Shown here one piece after another: positions 52,770 through 64,000 of a DNA stretch of 64,000 bases. This DNA comes from Octopus vulgaris (lineage: Eukaryota). Both the position numbers and the translations under genes were made by a program. The stretch is from positions 20,274,001 through 20,338,000 of the forward strand of contig OX597843.1 of assembly GCA_951406725.2 (NCBI GenBank), written 5' to 3'. The notes below the pieces were generated by a model that was given only the letters and a program-made list of their open reading frames with translations, was not told the DNA's origin and searched no databases. Positions within the stretch are counted from its first letter, which is position 1. Each line of letters starts with the position of its first letter.

Positions 52770-55700
52770 AATTCCTAAGTATAAATTTGTTACAATAAGA
52801 GAAATAAATAGAATAATAATAAATAAAAATAAACCATACAATGGCAAATTAAAGGACGAATTAAAATTCTAGCGAAATGTACATAGAAGATAATAATTAT
52901 ACAATTTAAAAAAAATACAAGTTTACAAAGATACACAGAAGTCCCTCTACGGGGGTTTCGGAGACGCGCCAATTAATATTAGTCATATCATATACTTAAA
53001 ATTGGCACTCCCCTCATCAGGATATCCTATACATACAACACATAGTAAACGTGAACAAATACACAATTACATACCGGCCATATTCAGAAACGAGACATTA
53101 CGTACTCCCAAAAATTTTTATCCGATCCTGAATGCTATTTTATATGCATATAATTCGATCCAGCAGCCATTGTAAATTTTATGCACACAGCGCCATCTGG
53201 ACCATTTCAGTTCTGCACTTATTTTATTTTATTTTTCTTCAATCTTATAAGTTCTCACATACATGCAAAGCCACATATTCGGGTTCAAGTCCTTGACACA
53301 TTTTATACTAATAGCTATTTTTTTCTTTTAATAATTACATTACTTTAGTTTTATTTCATTCACTTCTTACTATGCTTACTAAATTTAATTCAATTGTTAT
53401 TGCTTAGCTCTAACTTTTATTGCTATTTCTATTTCTAAATTTCTTATAGAACGTCGAGTGGATCTTATGCGTACACGCCGGTATTGCATCAGTGAACTTA
53501 TTTAACACTGCGTTGTTGTAATTTTTCAATATAGTATATGCTTCCATTATGCATAAACCGCATCTAGTGGACCCAATTCTATAAGGGGGGCATGTGCAAT
53601 GATAGGCCATGATATTTTAAATTCAACATTCCTTTCCTTAAGGTCATTAACATGTAATGCCAATGTTGTAGAGGTCTTATATTTAGGATTGTTGAAAGAG
53701 CTCAGGTGGGATCGATACCTCTCCTTAAAATCTACTGTGCTTCCAACATATATTTTTCTCTGGCCTCCTTGAGCCTCAACACTACATTTATAAACTACAT
53801 TTTCCTGGCGACAATTTCCGCTAATCGGACATACTGATGAGCCCCCTACAATTACATTTCTTCAACCTGCTACGGGGTCTCGTATTACTGATCACTCCGA
53901 AACCATGCCCCCTCCCAGTACTAGGATCCACCATATCATTTACACCATCGTTCCTACTATTTTCCGGTATATGTATTGTTATATGTATATGTATTATTAT
54001 TCTTACTATTACCATCATTCCTATTTTTATTTTTACTAATATTTGTATTACCATTATCACTACAATTAACACTATTATTACCACCCTGATAATCATTATA
54101 ATCACTAATATCATCACCAACATCATTATTATGATTATCTCTACTATTTGTCATTCCAATACGCCCTTCATAATCGATTTCAGAAGACGTACCATTAATA
54201 TTACTACTATCTTCTGTCCTTAATGAATTTTCCATTAAAGCTTCTGTCATCGTTTCTATCATTATAGCGCCTTATTTTACTTCTGTTCAACGAAGCAACA
54301 ATAGATCCGACATTGGGAGTGTCTGAGTAGGCCAACTTGATTGTTGACTTGTTACATATTGAATAGTACTTATGGTGTTTTGGGAAATTTTCCTTCAATA
54401 ACTTTAAAAATAGCTTTGGTAAACCTTTCACCCTTAATGAAAAGGGAGAGACAAACCAAATAACTTGACGAATCCTAGACTTAGTATTAATAATGGGATT
54501 ACAATATGTTGCTCGACTTGACGTAAGGCCACTCCTGTATGTATTAGTAATATTTATATTTTTATTTTTACTACTATTAGTATTATTCTTATTCCTATTT
54601 TCAACTTCACTAGACCTAAGACCAACTTTAAAACTCAATTCACATTTATGACTCCTATTATTTGCAACCCCTTCCCTCCCGTTGCTGTTATCATCCATGG
54701 TATTTTAATCATTACAATTCTCTCATTATTAACCTTATTAACGTGGTTACCATTTACAAAACCAACCACATCACATTTATTTCTCTTATTTCCAAATCTC
54801 ATTTTATCAGCATAAATATTGGTCATTATCAGCTTGTTGCAAGTTCCTTGGGGGTCATGAGGGGAGCCTCTGCTATCCGAAATCCGTTTCATATCGTCGC
54901 TGACCATGCTGGCAATTTAATTTTTAATTTTGTATTGTGTATGTATTCAATATTATCTGTGAACCCACTCAATTTCAAGGCATTGTTGTATATTGGGGCG
55001 TGTTGATTAAAGATGTCTTTATTCGCCGATAGGTTTGAGATTCTGATAGAAATTGCAGTTATAATGCTATTGAAGGTTGATTTGGGATGATTTGAGGAAA
55101 CATTGATATATCGGGAAGTTTGGTTTGGTTTTCGGAAAGGGTAGTGTAAGCTAGTATTCAGATAGAGAGTGATGTCGAAGAAATTTGCCACTTTAGGATT
55201 ATTCTCAAAAACGATGCTCAAATTATAAAGGTCCTTGAGAGATTCTCTAAGGTCCTTTTTCATTTTTTCAATCTGAGGATTTGAATGATTAGAGAAGATG
55301 AATAATGCGTCATCCCAATAAATCCCTTCGGATAGAGATTGGAAAAACCGCTTAAACTTGTCTAACAAAAATAGACCAACAATATCCGTTACTTGAGCCG
55401 AGTCCGATGATCCCATAGTGATGTCGAATAAAATAAAAGAATGCGATTTAGACCAGTGGTGCTTTCCATAATTTATCAGAGTCATTCTTGCTGCTTGAAT
55501 AATATCAATATCTAGATTCGATATTTCAACAAAGTTCCGGGCTAAAATGATTGCTTTATTCAGTAAGATGAGGGAGATCAAGGAGTTGTAATTCGAAATA
55601 TCAAATTGTACAAATGACGATGAGTCATCACATTTAATTGTGTGAAACCTATATAAAATAGCATTGGTAGATTCCCATAAGGGCAACATCGTCCTTTCTC

Positions 55701-55960
55701 TTATCACTGGAATAATTCTATCCAATATGGATTTGCTGATTCTACCCAAGTCAAATTTAGTTGGGCAAATTAATCGTATTTGGCAAGAAAATCTTTTTTA
55801 TGGTCCTCTAGGGTGCAGTGCGATGTCTAAGGATCGTAATGTTGCGTGCGGTCAAGGATTCCCAATTCAGAAATTAAGTCATACTGTCTATTATTAATGT
55901 CGGCAAGAGCCGATTTCTTGGCGATTTTGTATTTAGCGTGCAGCTCTGTGGATATCAATT
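52770..55960 (-). mobile_element. Penelope-like element (RT + GIY-YIG + pseudo-LTR)
   Basis: RT ORF 54889-55749 (FDIS, FDITMGS, YWDD, NFFDITL). GIY-YIG NVVYKC..IYVGST at about 53450-53835. Confidence 0.92.
52941..53027 (-). ncRNA. Hammerhead-like motif in PLE pseudo-LTR
   Basis: CTGATGA-GGGGA-GTGCCAATT...AATTGGCGC-g-TCTCC-GAAAC-cccc-GTA. Stem I is weak (2 bp). Confidence 0.5.
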
Positions 55961-56168
55961 TATCCTAAGTTTCATAAGGCACTGAATAAATATTGCCTGT
56001 TTTATCAGAAAGAATGTGTAGATTAGGATCTAAATGTTGGGCTTTATAGATATAAATGAGTATATGAAGATTTGTATGTGTTTGGTCTTTCTGTGGATAA
56101 AAGTCTTTTGTGATGCTCCTGTGGTTGTTGCTCGCATCTTGCGAGCGCCATCCCCTCGGATCAAAAAG

Positions 56169-56234
<66 letters not shown>

Positions 56235-56254
56235 CATATATATACATATATATG

Positions 56255-57285
56255 TATATATTGTTATATTTCGGAATGGTCATTTCGCCCGTTTAGCCAA
56301 TAAAAACACACGCACTATATATTTGGTGTTACTTTGCTTCAGTGTTATTTATTTTTTTACATTAATCTTAATCTTATTTCGGCCAAAGTTCTTTCGTCAC
56401 ACTCCTGTGACCGCATCAGTGGTCCTTTGTTTTCTTTTTTCTTATTTGTGTCTCTCCTTACTAAACGTCAGTAATTTTGTATTTCTATTGTATGTCTTCA
56501 TTTGTGCATGTTTATATCTCTATGTGCGTCTATGTTTATTTAGTGTGTGTGGGGGGATGCCTGTAATATTTGTATCTTCTGTTTATATACGTTGATGTAA
56601 TTTGTTTTTGTTGTTGTTTTTGTTTATTCTTATTTTGTTCATGTGTTTACACCCACTTATTATCATTACATATGCTTGTAAGTATGTATATATGTATAAA
56701 AACAATACTAGTAATAATAATAATAAATCGAAAAAAAAAAAATTATTTATTTCTATTTGTTTATTCATCTGTGTATTTATTAAGTTTTCGGGATCCTCTA
56801 CCGTCATATATTGTGGTGTGTACTAGTGTTCCATTCTAGTTTTCTATTCAGGCTAGGTTTATTTTCTATTATATGTGTAGCTTCTGTAATTTGTCTGATT
56901 GTTGCATCTGTTCTATGTGTGGACAATATTTTAATTTCTATGTTGTTGTTTGAACCCCTGTGTTCCTGTTCGGCGTGTTGGTACAGAATCGATGAGCTTT
57001 TACCTTCCTTGAGTTGTCTCCAATGACCATTTACCCGCTCTCCTATGCTTATTGCTGTTTCCCCTACGTATGTCGTTGTCTTATTACTGCATCGTCCCTC
57101 TTCACATCTTATACTATAGACACAATTTCTGGCTTTACAGGAGTGTGACGAAAGAACTCTGGCCGAAATAAGATTACGATTAATATAAAAAATAAATAAC
57201 ACTGAAGCAAAGTAACACCAGATATATAGTGCGTGTGTTTTTATTGGCTAAACTGGCAAAATGACCATTCCGAAATATAACAACA
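56255..57285 (-). mobile_element. 5'-truncated Penelope: GIY-YIG + pseudo-LTR, with inverted pseudo-LTR piece
   Basis: NCVYSIRC..YVGET..ERVNGH..RQITEA..PSLN motifs. 57135-57280 is an inverted copy of 56260-56408. Confidence 0.9.
56381..56425 (-). ncRNA. Minimal hammerhead with A9C change
   Basis: GGACCA-CTGATGC-gGTCACAggagTGTGAC-GAAA-GAAC-TT-TGGCC. Confidence 0.55.
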
Positions 57286-57339
57286 TTTGTTTCAACACAC
57301 GACTTCACATAAAAAATCTTGCACAACAAATACATAAAC

Positions 57340-57375
<36 letters not shown>

Positions 57376-57452
57376 TGTAAAATTCGGTAAGATAACAAAA
57401 GAAAGAAAGAGACCTCAATATTATGTAAATAGAGGAAATTTATCTATACAAT

Positions 57453-57640
57453 AATATGTTACATTACTGGATAGTCAAGATAAAACTCTGAGTTTCAGAT
57501 GCCAAAGTGGAAATCCACAACACCATCTCTTCGGTTATCTGGCTATTTTCCAGATAACCGAAGAGATGGTGTTGTGGATTTCCACTTCGGCATCTGAAAC
57601 TCAGAGTTTTATCTTGACTATCGAGTAATAACATATTATA
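57453..57640. repeat. Near-perfect ~90-bp-arm fold-back with mirrored HHR variant
   Basis: Arms 57453-57542 and 57550-57640, with a 7-nt loop. Confidence 0.9.
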
Positions 57641-57647
57641 TATATAG

Positions 57648-57723
<76 letters not shown>

Positions 57724-57779
57724 TATGTATGTATGTATGTATGTATGCATATATGAGGAGGCAAAACTATATAAAAATT

Positions 57780-58680
57780 TGTTGTTCACGATGCACCTAA
57801 ATTTGGATTTTTTTAAAAATAACCTTATTTGAATTGTTTTTAAATAACCTTATTTACATACATACCAAACTAGTTTCAACAATACTTTTTTTAATAGTAA
57901 AAATTTAAAATAATGAACTAGAAAAACATGTTTCAATGTTTACAAGTGTCAGTAATATGAAATATGATTTAAATATTCATAACATTCAATAATATAAAAA
58001 ATGTGGAAGATCTTGTTTGAATGCATAAAATTCAAAAGATCGATAAGAAATGTATATCATCAGAGTTTCGGACATACAGGGTAAAGAAGGAGAAAAACAA
58101 GGGAGAAATTGAGATAGTGGAAAAAGGGAAATCTTTGAGCACAGTCTCTGTGAATCATTGTCCGTCGTGTGCAAGGACTTTTGCTTGTAACGGCGTTTTT
58201 TGGAATTGGATGTGTTTACAATTATTTCCGTGAACCGATCTGGTATTTGATTCATTAAATTACAGGTGACGTCTAATTTTTCTGGTGGGCAAGGTTGTTG
58301 TTCTGCCTGGTTGACTTCCCATTGGGGGACGGGCATAAACCATTCCAGTTGGTTGATTCTCTTAAAGCGTCACTTTGTTGTGTTTGCTCAAGTTCGGTTC
58401 TGATCAGATCTAAAATTTCAATGATTTATGTGACATCAGCAACTGGTGTTTATATGGTGGTATTGTATGGCGATTTGGATTTGCTATTTCGAAACACGCG
58501 TTGAAGACTGGTACTAAAGATTTTTGAATTATGTCTGTTGCATCTCGATTTTTTATTGTGGAAAAATTGTTTCTTTTTCCTTTTTCTGTTTAGTGTTTAA
58601 ACAGAGGTGAATAAGAGAGAATGAATTAAACGATATTCTTTATTCCATAACACTACCATTGTATATTGTTCAGATGATAT
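57780..58680 (+). repeat. Block X, second copy
   Basis: Colinear with 25080-26100. Confidence 0.85.
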
Positions 58681-58691
58681 AAGTAATATAT

Positions 58692-58820
58692 AGTGCATGG
58701 ATCAGTGGTTAGAGCGTGGAGCTTACAATCATGAGGTTGTGAGTTCGAATCCCGGACCGGGCTGGGTGTTGTATTCTTGAGCAAGACCCTTTATTTCGCG
58801 TTGCATCCAGTTCACTCATT
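58692..58820 (+). mobile_element. tRNA-derived SINE head
   Basis: Box A tggatcagtggtt and box B gagttcgaatccc, followed by the SINE core ttgagcaagac. No acceptor stem. Confidence 0.75.
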
Positions 58821-59389
58821 GTACATTTTGTATATACTACCAAGAATGTAACCTTTTTGAACTTATCATTTTCTGTGTGTATATATAGAGATACAATACC
58901 AATTTTCCTCTGAACTTTTTAATAATTCTTTCTGTAAACTGTTTTTAACATACTCTTTTTATTATCAAAGTATGTATATATGTATTGTAATCTTTTGTTC
59001 CAAATATTTTAATGAACTTGTCAAATTTCTTTTATATTTTCCCAAGATTTTCCCTTTTAAACTGTTTTTAACATATTCTTATTATTATCAAAGAACGTAT
59101 ATATGTATTGTAATATTTTGTGACAACCAGTACCTAACACAACAATACTTTTACATATTGCTTTTGACAATTCTTTCTAAATAAGTGAAACCGGTCAAGT
59201 AAATAAACATTTTTTAACATTGCATTTTCAAACCTTCTTTCATATATAATTCCACTCGTGCGGTACCTTACAACTCGAAACATTACGTACGACAGTGGTT
59301 CTTACGTAATGTTTCGAGTGTATGGGCGCACGAATAAATCACAGCTTAATCCAGAGCATGTTCATCATTTTATTCCGACATCCTCGGTA

Positions 59390-59785
59390 TTGTGCATTGG
59401 GAGCTTTTTCGGGGAGGACGTTTGGGGAAAATGACCGGATCTGGATTCGCGAAGTATTGAATTTTTCACGACAAAAATGCACCTATCACCTCACTCGTGA
59501 GTTTCTTGCCAAAAACAACATGCAATTGCTTCCGCATCTGCCCTATTCGCCAGATTTACCACCTGCTGACTTGCATCCGTTTCTCAAGATGAAAAATCAG
59601 CTCAAAGGTCGAGATCAAGAGCAAACATAACATCATTGTCGGAATCTAGAGGTCCTCGACCCGCCTATTGAAAACTACGTCCAGGCCGGATTTCAAAAGT
59701 GTCGGAAAAGCTGGGGCATTTGTATTATTGCTCAGGTAACATGCGTTACTTTTATTAATCATAGCTCGTTCAGAAAATTTATATA
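59390..59785 (+). mobile_element. Mariner remnant
   Basis: REFLAKNNMQLLPHLPYSPDLPPAD..KMKNQLKGR. Confidence 0.85.
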
Positions 59786-59787
59786 TA

Positions 59788-60192
59788 CGACGGGTTTTCT
59801 TCAGTTACTGTGTACCCAATTAATTAACATACACGGGTTTGTTCGGTTGGAAAGAAGAGTACACGCAGAAGGACTGAATACAGAAGCAAAATTCCTATCA
59901 CACAGCCATGCCAACGCCTAAGAATATGCACACACAAACACACACACACACACACACACACATACAAAATACACACACACACGTATGACGGAAATGGAAA
60001 ATGGATTCTACGTGATACATTAATCATTACTGCCGTTTCAACCCGTCTTCAATCGGCCCCTCACGGATGAGATAATGGTCGATTGGCCGCGGTGCATCTT
60101 TCTTTGCAGATGTTTCTCATCAGTTGACATTTCAAAAAGTACTCTGCTCAATAAACTTGGTTTCACTTGGTTCGATTATAATGTATTTCGTT

Positions 60193-60271
<79 letters not shown>

Positions 60272-60331
60272 TTTAGTACGAATAAGGTGAAGAAGAAGAA
60301 AAAGAAGAAAAAGAAGAAGAAGAAGAAGAAT

Positions 60332-60362
<31 letters not shown>

Positions 60363-61465
60363 CTAATAACAACGAAGAAGTCGGTGATGAAGAAAAAGTA
60401 ATATAAGTAGCAAGAAAACAGACAAGATGGACAAGCAAAACAATAACAAGAAAATTTGGGAATTAGTATAGAAATGATAATAAAAATATATCAACATAAG
60501 TAAAATTATCAGACATACACACAGACACAAACGTACGAGGGACACACCAAACGTTGTTTTATGTTGTGGACGAGTAGCTACATTAACATCCTTCCTAAAG
60601 AAATTGAAACGGCATATGCAGCCATCAAACTGGACAGTTTGACCAAATTGCCCCAGCTGTAGCTCACTGTACAAATAGAAAATGACGACTACCAACTTCA
60701 GCACGTCATGTAATTGTAGAGTTTTAAATAACTCATATTATTGAATCAGTATCTCAAAAAATTGAGGATGAATACATTTCTATACTTTCTTCTCTTGAAG
60801 TGAGTATAACTCTGCATAAATATATATTTCATAATATACCCACCTATAGACACAAATGCAAACATACATATTCACGTACAATCGTACACTCATACATAAA
60901 ATGTTAGACATTTATGCAGACACATAGAGACACAAACACTCATTGACATCTTCATACACACTCTAACATGAAAATAGTAGCAGAACATTAGTTAGAGATA
61001 GAGAGAGAAAAAGGAAGATGAGAAGACATTAAGTTCCTAGAAAAATTTCGTAATTAAAATAATATCAAAACACTTTAGCAACTTACATTTCAACTAAACT
61101 TTGAAGGTTTTGAAAGGATCCTTGTGGGATGGTTGTGATCTCATTGTCACTGAGATCTCTGAAAAATAAAACACAATTCAAAAGAATGAGTATTAAAAAG
61201 AATTCTTATAAAATGTTATTTATTCTTGTATCTTTAGAATCATATTAATAAAAAAGAGGACGGTGAAGGAGAAAATGGCCGAAATGATGTTGATGATGAT
61301 GATGAGGAGGAGGAGGATTGCGATGTTGATTCTAAATGTTGTAATAATGACGGTGAGAAGGAAAAATGATGATGATTATTATCTAAAACGATGACAAACT
61401 TTGCCGATTAATTGGTGATGACGACGTTGATTATTATGATGTTCATAACGAAGGTGATGATGATT
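59788..61465 (+). repeat. SINE fragment + block Y, second copy
   Basis: Colinear with 28200-29650, with an expanded (TAA)n/(GAA)n tract. Confidence 0.9.
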
Positions 61466-61597
61466 CTGCATGCTAGAAATAGCAGAGTAAATGAGGGAAG
61501 GAAATAGTTATGATGACAAGATAAATTATAACGATTAGTGAATACGAAAATATGATTAGCAGAAGGACTATGAATATGATAGCGCTGAAGATGATAC

Positions 61598-61633
<36 letters not shown>

Positions 61634-61634
61634 C

Positions 61635-61666
<32 letters not shown>

Positions 61667-62094
61667 CGATGATGATGATGATGATGACGATGATGATGGT
61701 GACGATGACGATCGTGACGATCGTGACGATGATGATGATGAAAGGTGTGATGAAAAATCAGAAATTGATAAGATTAACGAAAAAGGTGAAGGAAAATAAA
61801 TCATCGAATTATAGATATAGAGAAGAAGAAGAAGAAGGAAAATGATTCATGAAGAGAGGAGAAAGCAGTTGATTAAAAGAAGAAGAACCAGAAAATGATG
61901 AACAAGATGAATGTAGATAAAAATGGTGAAGAAGACGATAAATGCAGGAAAAGAAGATATATTAAGACAAGAAAAATAACGTGGAATAGCAGAATGGGGA
62001 AACAAGTGGGAATAAAGGAATATAACTACAAATACTGAAGTCACACATCAAACACAAACATATATGTATGTATATATATATATATCTATATATT

Positions 62095-63093
<999 letters not shown>

Positions 63094-63109
63094 TAGATAT
63101 ATATACACA

Positions 63110-63640
63110 TTTTAAGGATTGGTTTTGCAAGAATTTTGATGTGAAATCGTGTTTTAAAACAGATATTGTTGTATTTTAGGAATGGTCATTTTGCCAGTTT
63201 GACCAATAAGAACGCACGCACTATATATTTGGTGTTACTTTGCTTCAGCGTTATTTCTTTTTTAAATTAATCTTAATCTTATTTCGGCCAGAGTTCTTTC
63301 GTCACACTCTTGTGACCTCATCAGTGGTCCTTTGCTTTTTTCTTTCATATTTGTGTGTCTCTCCTTACTAACGGTCAGTCATTTTGTATTTTGCATTTCT
63401 ATTGTTTGTGTCTTCATTTGCGCATGTGTATACCTCTATATGGGTCTATGTGTGTGTGTGTGGGGAAAGTGCCTGTAATATTTGTATCTCCTGTTTATAT
63501 ATGTTCGAAATAACTGTGGCCGAAATAACATTAAGCTTAATGTAAAAATTAAATAACGCTGAAGCAAAGTAACACCAAAGATATAGTGCGTGTGATTTAT
63601 TGGCAAAACTGGCAAAATGACCATTCCTAAATACAAGAAT
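63110..63640 (-). mobile_element. Penelope pseudo-LTR with inverted piece
   Basis: Homologous to 56260-56590. 63517-63640 is an inverted copy of 63165-63290. Confidence 0.8.
63286..63330 (-). ncRNA. Type I minimal hammerhead ribozyme, intact core
   Basis: GGACCA-CTGATGA-gGTCACAagagTGTGAC-GAAA-GAAC-TC-TGGCC. Confidence 0.7.
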
Positions 63641-63726
63641 ATATATATATATATATATACATATGTGTGTATGTGTGCGTGTGTGTGTGTGTGTGTATGT
63701 ATGTGTGAGTGTGTGTGTGTACATAC

Positions 63727-63954
63727 ACACATCCACCTATATACCTTATCAAACCCTGATGTATAAACGCACACACTCACTTCCAGGCCACACATATATT
63801 CCCACTTTCTTACACACAGGCAAACATAAATTGAAAGACAATATGAATTGTAGAAGAATGAGGGTAAATAAAGAAGATAAGAGAGACATTTAGTTTGTGG
63901 AAATGACATTGGATGACATATCGTGATCTTATTATGAAGAAGATGACTAACATA
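63727..63954 (+). repeat. Paralogous block, copy of 1-232
   Basis: Direct similarity. Confidence 0.9.
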
Positions 63955-64000
63955 AGAGAAAGTCTCCCGCCCCTAAGCCCTAGACCATCACCTAATCACT

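Noticed and set aside
58692-58765. tRNA gene (also 20370-20441)
   Set aside because: A/B boxes are present, but there is no proper acceptor stem and the sequence continues into a SINE body.

Overview
AT-rich eukaryotic, gene-poor repeat landscape. The tRNA-SINE families and TA/CA/GATA microsatellite load suggest a coleoid cephalopod such as Octopus; this is an inference. No intact host gene is supported. The window is a mosaic of decayed transposons: Helitron Rep/Hel and non-autonomous Helitrons, one Gypsy provirus, mariner and maT fragments, four Penelope (PLE) coding remnants plus many PLE pseudo-LTRs carrying minimal hammerhead ribozyme (HHR) motifs, two HERO-clade and one R4/Dong-like RLE LINE, RTE-BovB, Tx1/L1 RT, two ORF1-only elements and SINEs. 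A composite block set recurs about every 30-32 kb. The most striking observation is in the 3' UTRs of both divergent HERO copies (39142-39252 and 52614-52722). Each contains all hammerhead core nucleotides with co-varying helices, but the three core strands are in a reversed order that is not a circular permutation, giving a pseudoknotted fold with two extra helices. This is a candidate undescribed ribozyme topology. Boundaries were read by eye and are approximate.
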